Positions 18,274 to 25,567 of a DNA stretch of 42,446 nt are shown here, piece by piece (positions within the stretch are counted from its first letter, which is position 1; the number at the start of each line of letters is the position of its first letter). The stretch is from a virus: IMG/VR virus record IMGVR_UViG_3300045988_059300. The stretch is one strand, 5' to 3'. Under the pieces are notes generated by a model. That model did not search any database. It saw only the letters and a list, made by a program, of their open reading frames with translations, and was not told the DNA's origin. Position numbers and translations under genes: made by a program.

Positions 18274-18312
18274 AATGGTTTGAAATGGTTTAATAAATGG
18301 TTTGGAAATGGT
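18274..18312. repeat. Four helically phased AATGGTTT repeats upstream of the 18221 start
   Basis: Copies at 18274, 18284, 18296 and 18307 (the last is partial). Spacing is 10, 12 and 11 bp. Confidence 0.8.
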
Positions 18313-18365
18313 AAGTACACTTTGCAAATTCACTTCACATTCTGCGGAAAGTGAAGTTCACTTCT

Positions 18366-18587
18366 TCACTTCCCAAACATACCCCGCATCCCCTCAAACA
18401 TGCCCTGCATCTGCTGGGCCTGATTCTGGACTTGGTTGAGCTGATCTTGGGAAATGCGTCCAGAGGATACCATCTCTTGTATCATGGCGTTGGGGTCTTT
18501 GCCCCGCATCTGCTGCATGAAGGATTGAAACTGCTGCATCATGTTGGGCTGTCTGTTGCCGCCCATAGCCTGATAAAACGGGTTCAT
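18366..18587 (-). CDS. Q/M-rich small protein (73 aa)
   Basis: AAGGAGG RBS and ATGA coupling. MMQQFQSFMQQMRG...QNQAQQMQGMFEGMRGMFGK. Confidence 0.7.
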   Translation of the reverse strand: MNPFYQAMGGNRQPNMMQQFQSFMQQMRGKDPNAMIQEMVSSGRISQDQLNQVQNQAQQMQGMFEGMRGMFGK

Positions 18588-18991
18588 TCTGCATCCTCCT
18601 TATCTTTTGCCGCCAGCGCATCCAGGCGGGCCTCCAACGCTTCCAAGCGGGACAGGGGCGCATACTCTACCGTTGGAGCCTGCGGGGCCTGTACGGGCCT
18701 CTGATTGCGCTCTACAAGGTCATATATCTTCATGCTGGGCTTGCCGCTTGCGTCCGCCTGTTTGAGATAGACCACTGGGGCGTTACTGTCCCACAAGGTA
18801 ACGGCAGAGTTAGGCGCCACCAGATAATTTGCCGCCTCCATCTCGCTCTGCACCCACACAATAGACGGAGATGCCGGGGCTTGCTGCGGCTGCTGCATGG
18901 GTTGATAGGACTGCCGCAGCTGCGTCAGCTGGTCCGCCATAGGCGGCTGATACGGTTGGTACGGCTGATAGTAATAGGGATAGTTCGGCAT
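18584..18991 (-). CDS. Protein with YQP-rich N-terminus (135 aa)
   Basis: MPNYPYYYQPYQPYQPP..., then IVWVQSEMEAANYLVAPNSAVTLWDSNAPVVYLKQADASGKPSMKIYDL. Confidence 0.75.
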   Translation of the reverse strand: MPNYPYYYQPYQPYQPPMADQLTQLRQSYQPMQQPQQAPASPSIVWVQSEMEAANYLVAPNSAVTLWDSNAPVVYLKQADASGKPSMKIYDLVERNQRPVQAPQAPTVEYAPLSRLEALEARLDALAAKDKEDAE

Positions 18992-18997
18992 CTCACG

Positions 18998-19360
18998 TCA
19001 TCCTTTCTGCCAGTAGTACAGCACAGTTTCGTGTTCACTGTGCCATGTATCGTAGATCACACCATCCTGCAGGCATACCACATGGCCGGACAGGGCCAGA
19101 ATGTAAGTCCCGTTTGGATGCCCCATCGCAAACTCCGCCACGGTCATATCCTCGGGCGCCATGTCCCGCCGGAAGCCATGCCGCCGGAGGTAAGCGCCCC
19201 ATGTGGCGTTGGCGCTTGGCATATCACCCCTCACAGCGCCCTCAATGCAGAGGCCAAGATATGTCCTGTACCAGTCCTGCTCCAGCGCCTTCGAGATGGC
19301 CCGGACGGTGCAATCCCCCACATTTTTCTCGTAGGGGTTCGGATTGTAAAATTCAAACAT
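18998..19360 (-). CDS. Papain-like (Cys-His) putative peptidase, about 120 aa
   Basis: NVGDCTVRAISKA...HPNGTYILALSGHVVCLQDGVIYDTW. An alternative start is at 19378. Confidence 0.6.
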   Translation of the reverse strand: MFEFYNPNPYEKNVGDCTVRAISKALEQDWYRTYLGLCIEGAVRGDMPSANATWGAYLRRHGFRRDMAPEDMTVAEFAMGHPNGTYILALSGHVVCLQDGVIYDTWHSEHETVLYYWQKG

Positions 19361-19544
19361 ATTGCTTTCGGTCGTCATACAAAAGCTCATTCTGCCGGAT
19401 AAACCGTTCCAATCCGGAGAAATCTCCCTCCGCCGCATACTTCTCGCAGGTGTCTCTTGCTGTGGACTCCGTGAAGCCACAGGCCACCAACCGGGCCACC
19501 AGTTCTGAACCATTCAGAATCAACTTAAAACACGTCCTTATCAA
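19353..19544 (-). CDS. Hypothetical small protein (weak call)
   Basis: Only TTG or GTG starts are available, with no clear RBS. Confidence 0.3.
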   Translation of the reverse strand: MIRTCFKLILNGSELVARLVACGFTESTARDTCEKYAAEGDFSGLERFIRQNELLYDDRKQYV

Positions 19545-19623
19545 TGAAATCAGGAGGCCGCAAGGAGGGCGGCGACGTGTACCAGCCCTTGTCCCTTACG
19601 TCCTCCATGCTTAAATTTTCTCA

Positions 19624-19659
19624 CAAAAAATCCCCGCATGGGTGGTATCCATGTGGGAG
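19624..19659 (-). terminator. Hairpin + U6 tract on the - strand (leader terminator candidate)
   Basis: - strand: cucccacaugg-auaccac-ccaugcgggga-uuuuuug. There is one A.C mismatch on this strand. Confidence 0.4.
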
Positions 19660-19717
19660 TTGTGTGGCAATTATGGGGGTATTTATGTGGTCATGTCATT
19701 TTCGGCGGTTTTACGTG

Positions 19718-19745
19718 TTTACTTTTTTCAGAATAAGAATATAAT
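19718..19745 (+). promoter_or_regulatory. Promoter candidate for the antitoxin/toxin pair (TTTACT-16-TATAAT)
   Basis: Perfect TATAAT at 19740-19745, 24 nt upstream of ATG 19770. Confidence 0.5.
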
Positions 19746-19769
19746 GTAGGTAGAAAGGGGGTACGCAAT

Positions 19770-20201
19770 ATGGGAAGTGTTTTTGATACCGCAAAATATA
19801 TTCTTGAAAAGTGTGGCACTATGTCCACGATGAAACTTCAAAAGCTGTGCTATTATTCACAGGCTTGGTCTTTGGTATGGGATGATGCGCCCCTGTTCGA
19901 CGAAGATTTTGAAGCATGGGCCAACGGGCCTGTGTGTCCTTCCCTTTTCCATCACAGCCAGGGAAAATTTTCGGTCTCTGCCGATGAAATGAAGGGCAGC
20001 AGCGAAAACCTTAGCGATGGGCAAAAGGATACCATCAATAAAATTCTGGAATACTATGGAGAGAAAAATGCCCAGTGGCTCAGCCAGCTCACACACATGG
20101 AAGGCCCATGGCAAGATGCCAGACGTGGATTCCCCGCTGGAGCCCTGTGTAACACTCCTATCACAAAGGAAAGTATGGCAATGTATTATGGCGGGCTCTA
20201 A
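19770..20201 (+). CDS. Panacea (SocA/DUF4065)-domain antitoxin
   Basis: VFDTAKYILEKCG.MSTMKLQKLCYYSQAWSLVWDDAPLFDEDFEAWANGPVCPSLF. Confidence 0.8.
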   Translation: MGSVFDTAKYILEKCGTMSTMKLQKLCYYSQAWSLVWDDAPLFDEDFEAWANGPVCPSLFHHSQGKFSVSADEMKGSSENLSDGQKDTINKILEYYGEKNAQWLSQLTHMEGPWQDARRGFPAGALCNTPITKESMAMYYGGL

Positions 20202-20682
20202 GCGCGTTAAATGTGGTGGTACTCCGAAATCGGAAGTCAGACAAGGCGGGGTGCCGTTACCCGGCATCAAGCTGGGCGGAGACCCGGACAGCATTATGAA
20301 GGAGCATCCATCTTGGCGGCTGGCATCTTGCGATATGGAGCCAAATATTAGATGGTCTTTTCATGAGCCACGTCTCTCTCATGAGTTCTGGACTACGATT
20401 TTCCCAAAATTGCAAGACTTCGAGCGCATGACTTGGAGCGACATTTTTATTTCAGCAAAAAAGCAGAACCATGCGATCGACGTTGCATCGCTCAATAAGC
20501 CAGCCAGAGATAGATTTTCAGAGCTATGTATCGAGGCAGAGGCTATCCACTCACTCAGACTTGGCGGGACAATTAGACTGTACGGATTCTTGACAGGGCC
20601 GATCTATAACATCCTATGGTACGATAATGACCATGGAGATAACGGAACATGCGTATGTCGCTCAGTAAAAAAACATACATAA
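20188..20682 (+). CDS. Unassigned toxin candidate partnered with the Panacea antitoxin
   Basis: Overlaps the antitoxin 3' end by 14 nt (an alternative ATG is at 20296). C-terminal IHSLRLGGTIRLYGFLTGPIYNILWYDNDH resembles the RelE/ParE-type strand pattern. Confidence 0.55.
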   Translation: MAGSKRVKCGGTPKSEVRQGGVPLPGIKLGGDPDSIMKEHPSWRLASCDMEPNIRWSFHEPRLSHEFWTTIFPKLQDFERMTWSDIFISAKKQNHAIDVASLNKPARDRFSELCIEAEAIHSLRLGGTIRLYGFLTGPIYNILWYDNDHGDNGTCVCRSVKKHT

Positions 20683-20689
20683 AGATAAA

Positions 20690-20722
20690 GGAGCCGGGTC
20701 AATCCCCGGCTCCCTTATTTTT
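20690..20722. terminator. Bidirectional terminator
   Basis: ggagccggg-tcaatc-cccggctcc is followed by cttattttt on the + strand, with a T-rich run on the - strand too. It overlaps the stop of 20699-20959. Confidence 0.7.
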
Positions 20723-20959
20723 GTAAAGCTGTTTTGCTACATCCTTAACCCTCCGGAATATATACTTTTCGTGATCGCTAACTGTGCTACGATACCAGCC
20801 CAATTCTGCTGCCACATCAATTTGATTCCACTTATCAATAATACGCCGCCTTGCGATCAGTTCATCGTCTGTATGGAATGCTGCTTCTTCAATAACTTTT
20901 TCCAGCTGAGAGCGCAAGAGCTTATCCAGTGGGTCAGGCAGTTTCACTTTTGCGCTCAC
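20699..20959 (-). CDS. Small HTH (sigma region-4-like) protein, last gene of the late/lysis unit
   Basis: GTG start 8 nt after GAGGGAGGA. WNQIDVAAELGWYRSTVSDHEKYIFRRV. Confidence 0.6.
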   Translation of the reverse strand: MSAKVKLPDPLDKLLRSQLEKVIEEAAFHTDDELIARRRIIDKWNQIDVAAELGWYRSTVSDHEKYIFRRVKDVAKQLYKNKGAGD

Positions 20960-20977
20960 AATCTCACGTCCTCCCTC

Positions 20978-21595
20978 TTATTTCATCAGCTTCCACATTC
21001 GGTACAGCATCGTACACATCTGCTGCCGGGTAACAGGCCGGGAGAGCATCAGGTCCCCCTCGCTGTTGCCCGTCAGGATGCCGTTCTTTACGGCCCATTC
21101 CACGCCCTCCTTGTGGGCGGGAGACGGTGTATTGTCCATAGTGACCTCCTTGTCATAGGCGGGCCGTACAGCCCCCAAAATCTGCCCTAGCGTCCGGGTC
21201 CGGCGCATGACCTCTCCCCCGTCGCTATCGTTGCCAATGGCGGTGTTGCCCTCGATGGCGGTGATGGAGCTGCCGCCCACCGCCTCCACGATGCCGCAGT
21301 GGTCCGGGCGCTTGTCCCCGCCCCAGTCGTAGATCACCACGTCTCCGGTCTGGTAGTTGGATGTTACCCAGTTCCCGGCGGACTTGGCGGCGTTCATCAA
21401 GATTGTGCAGCTGGCGGTCTCAATGGGCAGCTTGACACTCGCCTGGGCAAAGACCCACTCCACAAACATCACGCACCAGGGCTGGCCGTCTAGGCCGTAC
21501 CACGCACCGTATTTCGTCCGGTTGGAGTTGGCTGGGGTCTCTTTGTACCCCAGCTCTCCACGGGCGATGTCAAGGAGTTCCCGTACTGTTGCCAT
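20978..21595 (-). CDS. Endolysin: CHAP domain + single SLH-like C-terminal repeat
   Basis: GQPWCVMFVEWVF (Cys), RPDHCGIVE (His). C-terminal AHKEGVEWAVKNGILTGNSEGDLMLSRPVTRQQMCTMLYR. Confidence 0.8.
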   Translation of the reverse strand: MATVRELLDIARGELGYKETPANSNRTKYGAWYGLDGQPWCVMFVEWVFAQASVKLPIETASCTILMNAAKSAGNWVTSNYQTGDVVIYDWGGDKRPDHCGIVEAVGGSSITAIEGNTAIGNDSDGGEVMRRTRTLGQILGAVRPAYDKEVTMDNTPSPAHKEGVEWAVKNGILTGNSEGDLMLSRPVTRQQMCTMLYRMWKLMK

Positions 21596-21785
21596 TGTCC
21601 GCCTGCGCTTTCTTCTCCGCCTGGGTGCCAAAGTAGAAGGCGATCACCACGGTGTACACTGTCAAGAACTGCTCTGCTGTCACGCCGCCGGTGCAGGTCA
21701 GGTAAGCAAATACCGCCGTCAGCACGATGGTGGCGATGGACTTCACCGCCAGCAGGTTCCCGAGGCGCTTCTTCAGTGTCTCCAT
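21570..21785 (-). CDS. Holin (71 aa, two TM helices)
   Basis: GGAGGG RBS. SIATIVLTAVFAYLTC and LTVYTVVIAFYFG with a charged tail. Sits immediately upstream of the endolysin. Confidence 0.75.
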   Translation of the reverse strand: METLKKRLGNLLAVKSIATIVLTAVFAYLTCTGGVTAEQFLTVYTVVIAFYFGTQAEKKAQADNGNSTGTP

Positions 21786-21786
21786 A

Positions 21787-22122
21787 TCAGCCCTCCGGCT
21801 CCACCAGGGTGTCGCCCTTCAGCTCGTACTTCTTCCCGGCGATGTACACATAGGCAGTCTCAGCGCCCATGTTGACATCCACAGTCTTGCCGTTCACCAC
21901 ATGGACCTTCTCCATGCAGCCTACGCCGTGGTCCATCAGGCCATAGCCGTTGACGGTGTCGGGAGTCTCCCCTGCCGTGGTCGCCAGGAACTCCTCCTGA
22001 GTGATTACATTGCGGTTGGGGTCCAGGGTAAAGCCCGCCTCCGCCTCCCTCAGCGCCTCGTTCGCCTCGGGCAGGGTCATTTCGCCAGTGGTGTACTTGT
22101 TCAGAATTTCGTTGGTAGTCAT
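21787..22122 (-). CDS. Hypothetical lysis-cassette-associated protein (111 aa)
   Basis: AAAGGAG RBS 7 nt before ATG 22122. Confidence 0.65.
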   Translation of the reverse strand: MTTNEILNKYTTGEMTLPEANEALREAEAGFTLDPNRNVITQEEFLATTAGETPDTVNGYGLMDHGVGCMEKVHVVNGKTVDVNMGAETAYVYIAGKKYELKGDTLVEPEG

Positions 22123-22296
22123 AAGTAAGCTCCTTTCAAATATCCGGCTTGACCGCCGGTTTCTAATGATGTAAGATGTTATTGCCCGTTGTGCAGACGT
22201 GTGCTGTTTTGATAGCGCTCCCTCCGCGTTAAGTCGCAATGGACGGAGACAACGAATACTACGGGCTTGCGGCGCTCCTTCGGGGGCGTCGCTTTT

Positions 22297-22635
22297 TTAC
22301 AGCCCAATGCGGGCCAAAATAAACGCAATTACCGCCGCCAGCACCGCCCACACGGACTTGTCCACGATGGCTTCCCAGCGGCGTCCCGGTTTTGCCGTCT
22401 GTTCCTCCTGCTTTGCCAGCAGCTTTTCGATGTTTTTATCCATGTTGGAAAGCTGCTCGTCCAGCTTGGCGTCTCGGGCAATCTGCTCCCGCTGCCAGTC
22501 ATAGAACGAGTTATGGAACTTCTTGGAGTCCTGCTGCCAGTCCTCCAGGGCCTTGATGCGCCCCTCCAGACGGGCTGCTGCTTCCAGGCCAAAGCAGTCA
22601 TGCCGGGGGTCTCTAACGCACTTCTCGTCAGCCAT
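22297..22635 (-). CDS. XhlA-like coiled-coil protein with C-terminal TM anchor
   Basis: Coiled coil LEGRIKALEDWQQ..LDEQLSNMDKNIEKL, then VWAVLAAVIAFILARIGL. Confidence 0.6.
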   Translation of the reverse strand: MADEKCVRDPRHDCFGLEAAARLEGRIKALEDWQQDSKKFHNSFYDWQREQIARDAKLDEQLSNMDKNIEKLLAKQEEQTAKPGRRWEAIVDKSVWAVLAAVIAFILARIGL

Positions 22636-23095
22636 TGGGCACCTCCCCCAGGTCCTCCCACTTCACGCCCACGCTGCCGGGTTCCCACACATTGCCGTCC
22701 TGCCCGGAGCGCCAAACATGGCCCTCATAGGTGCAGCAGTCCCCGGTCATATACGGCGAAGTGGAGACGGCGATAAACGGCAGGGCCTTGTCCGGGTCTG
22801 TGGACCATGCAAAGCCCCACTGTGCGGGCAGGTCCTCCGGCTCCTGGGTGTTGTAGATGGTGCTGTCATAGGGTTGGAGGAGACGCACCACTCGGCCCGC
22901 TGTGGAACAGCAGACAAAGCCCGCTTCCCGTTCCAGCATATTCATGGCCTCACAGGCCGCCGTAAAGCTGGGGATGTAGTCCTCGGAGGCATACAGCTCC
23001 GTCCCCGTCATGTCCGGGGCCTGGGCCTGGAGGGTCTGTGCCCTCGCAAGCCCGGTATCCCGCATGGTGGTAAGTACAAACTGCTTGTCCGTCAT
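22628..23095 (-). CDS. Fibre-associated protein with CBM5/12-like C-terminus
   Basis: YMTGDCCTYEGHVWRSGQDGNVWEPGSVGVKWEDLG. Confidence 0.6.
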   Translation of the reverse strand: MTDKQFVLTTMRDTGLARAQTLQAQAPDMTGTELYASEDYIPSFTAACEAMNMLEREAGFVCCSTAGRVVRLLQPYDSTIYNTQEPEDLPAQWGFAWSTDPDKALPFIAVSTSPYMTGDCCTYEGHVWRSGQDGNVWEPGSVGVKWEDLGEVPNG

Positions 23096-23343
23096 ACTTC
23101 GTTCACGCCCTCTCTGATTGCTTCTGCAAGCTCCGCATAGGTCACATACTCTGGTTTGGGTTCCGGCTCCGGCTTCCCATCATCCTCCACGGTAATCTGC
23201 CCTTGAAACGCCTCCGCCTGAGCGATAGCATAGGCCTCCTCCGTATAGGTCACAGTAACAGGAGAAAGTAGCGTCTCAATGTCCGGCTCCTCGGGAGTAC
23301 CATAGTTGATCTCTGTTTCCAACTGATATTTGATGATCTTCAT
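23092..23343 (-). CDS. Small acidic protein downstream of the fibre gene (83 aa)
   Basis: AAGGGGGA RBS and ATGA coupling to the next gene. Confidence 0.6.
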   Translation of the reverse strand: MKIIKYQLETEINYGTPEEPDIETLLSPVTVTYTEEAYAIAQAEAFQGQITVEDDGKPEPEPKPEYVTYAELAEAIREGVNEV

Positions 23344-23353
23344 GGTGTCCCCC

Positions 23354-25252
23354 TTAATCCGTGGTTTTGGTGTAGGCGATAACAACCCAGGAATTGCTCG
23401 TGCTGAATCCCGCCGCTGTCGTTATGGTGATGTTTGATCCGTCAACCAAAATACCAGTGATACCCGGATTGCTAACCAGATTATCTCCACCGTTGTTTAA
23501 TCCGTACAGTGCGGATAACCGTAGCCCAATGTTTTGTACTCCATGCGCCACAGACTTGGATGTTCCCGCAGAGAGGGCTCCGGTGTTTATGGCTTTCTTG
23601 TAGACTGGCTTGCTGTTATACCGCTCAGTGGTGCGGTACTCGACGCCGATTTGCATGGGGGGATGCTCCCACTCAAACGGCTGCCAAGCAGACGGGTCTG
23701 ACGATGATTTTTTTAATTTTATCATCCGCCATCCGCACAGCCCCGCGTCTGCACTGCCGATATTGGATAGCACTGCATAGTTGGCGTCGCCCTTATATAA
23801 GAGCGATATCGTAGTACCCGCTTTGCCGTACACCGCAGGCGGATAGGCCAGCACCAGTTTTGCGGTCTTGTCAGGCATCCCGTCCAGTACGGCGTCTACC
23901 TTGGCGCAGTATGTCTCATAGGATTCTCCTGCGCTGGTAGTTTCAATGCTCTGCACCGCATCCCCAAAGCCAAACCCGCCAGGAGCCAGACTTTCTGTCC
24001 CACGCACACACTCCAGCAGTGTCAGCGGGAAAATGTTCTTCCCATTCTGTTGCAGTTGAGCCGTGCTGCCGGTATTGGCAAACGTCGGCGCCGTCTTGGT
24101 ATACGTCCACGATCTCGTCACCGTTACCACGCCGCTTCCGGGATTGGTGGATGCCGTGATCTTGATCGTGCCGCTGCCGGTCGGCAGGTCCATCACGGGG
24201 ATTTTGATGGTGGCACCGTTTGTTGCCGTGAACGTTCGGGTAGTTCGTCCAGCAGATTCCGTAACCGTCAAAGCACTGGTTCCGCTGGAGGACACCGAAT
24301 ACTGCACATCATTTGTGAGAGTGCCCAAGCTGCCGTCGGACCCGGAAATTACCAGAATGGAAACAGGAACTACATCAACAAGGGAACTGATTGTATATTC
24401 GCCATATTTTCCATTGGCGCCAGACTTTACCCGATACTGAACCGATTCCCAGGTCCCGGCAGTTTCAGAAAAAGTCAAATCGGCTCCAGAATACACCTGC
24501 ACCCAGTCAGCGTCCGTGTTTGCTTTGCGCTCCAGAATGTAGCCGTCAGCGCCGTCCACAGCAGGCCAGGAGACTGCAAGCTGTTTGCCCTGCATAGCTT
24601 GAACAGGGACAGTTATCGCATGTGGAGGAGCAGACGCCAGAGAGAGTGTCCCATCGTCAGTTACGCTCAATGTGGAAGGGACGGTAAAAGCGGGGCGGCT
24701 GCCAGCTTCTGCAGTAACGCCAGTCGAATCAGAACTTCCACCTGCATATACAAAAAAGGCAGATGTGAGATAAGATGTATTTGGTGTTCGAGTCCATTGC
24801 GAATTCGTTTCCCCGTTCAAAAAAGCTTTTTGCAAAATCGATGCGATAGGAAGAATATTTCCCTCAAAATTTGCATCAGCCGGGAGCGTAAATCCAAGCT
24901 CTGTTCTGGAAAGTTGAAAAATCGCTCGTTCTAACGTGCTTAATGTTTTATCTCCGTAACCAATGGTATATTGAAATTTTGTGGTCCCAATTACCGTCAG
25001 AAAATCAGAGTCCAGAAGATTCTTGTAATCGCTGTTGAGCCAGCTATCAAGTGCGCTAGAGGCGTATGTATTTACCTGAATGTTATTCCACACCCGATTA
25101 TCATAGCATTCCTTCCGCACTAACAGCGTCCGCCCGGCTCCGTTTAAACCGCTCTCATAATCATGCTTCGCCACATAGAATTCCACCGGGGAACCATTCT
25201 CATTGAGCTTTACCAGTGTGCCGACGGCCACCTGTCCTAACTGCTGTGCCAT
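23354..25252 (-). CDS. Tail fibre / receptor-binding protein (632 aa)
   Basis: GGAGGTG RBS. N-terminal DUF6273-like region (WTRTP..AGSRPAFTVP) and an Fn3-like segment (AVSWPAVDGADGYILERK..YRVKS). Confidence 0.7.
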   Translation of the reverse strand: MAQQLGQVAVGTLVKLNENGSPVEFYVAKHDYESGLNGAGRTLLVRKECYDNRVWNNIQVNTYASSALDSWLNSDYKNLLDSDFLTVIGTTKFQYTIGYGDKTLSTLERAIFQLSRTELGFTLPADANFEGNILPIASILQKAFLNGETNSQWTRTPNTSYLTSAFFVYAGGSSDSTGVTAEAGSRPAFTVPSTLSVTDDGTLSLASAPPHAITVPVQAMQGKQLAVSWPAVDGADGYILERKANTDADWVQVYSGADLTFSETAGTWESVQYRVKSGANGKYGEYTISSLVDVVPVSILVISGSDGSLGTLTNDVQYSVSSSGTSALTVTESAGRTTRTFTATNGATIKIPVMDLPTGSGTIKITASTNPGSGVVTVTRSWTYTKTAPTFANTGSTAQLQQNGKNIFPLTLLECVRGTESLAPGGFGFGDAVQSIETTSAGESYETYCAKVDAVLDGMPDKTAKLVLAYPPAVYGKAGTTISLLYKGDANYAVLSNIGSADAGLCGWRMIKLKKSSSDPSAWQPFEWEHPPMQIGVEYRTTERYNSKPVYKKAINTGALSAGTSKSVAHGVQNIGLRLSALYGLNNGGDNLVSNPGITGILVDGSNITITTAAGFSTSNSWVVIAYTKTTD

Positions 25253-25564
25253 TTAAACACCTCCGTTGTAGGTTACTTGGATTTGAGGGGTCAGAATGGA
25301 CGTAAAGAACGATGGGGCCATCTTTTCAACGGTGATTGTTCTATCCGGAATCTGCCCCAGGACAAGCCCTTCCAATTCATCACGGCCAGCCTTTTCGGAG
25401 TCAATCTGCGGTGTCAGCGTCTCATTCAAAAACTGTTTGATGGCCTGACCGCCCTCGTCAAATTTGCCTTTCAGCTCCGCAGCCGTCAGGCCGCCCACGT
25501 CGTTCGGTTCATCGTCCAGAGCGGAGATGATCGCCATGTCCTTCTCAAATTTCGACAGAGCCAT
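25253..25564 (-). CDS. Fibre N-terminal anchor-like protein (103 aa)
   Basis: ALDDEPNDVGGLTAAELKGKFDEGGQAIKQFLNETL, a motif common at N-termini of Firmicutes phage fibres. Confidence 0.55.
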   Translation of the reverse strand: MALSKFEKDMAIISALDDEPNDVGGLTAAELKGKFDEGGQAIKQFLNETLTPQIDSEKAGRDELEGLVLGQIPDRTITVEKMAPSFFTSILTPQIQVTYNGGV

Positions 25565-25567
25565 GTA

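Noticed and set aside
23354-25252. Diversity-generating retroelement targeting the fibre gene
   Set aside because: There is no reverse transcriptase ORF anywhere in the window, and I saw no template/variable repeat pair.
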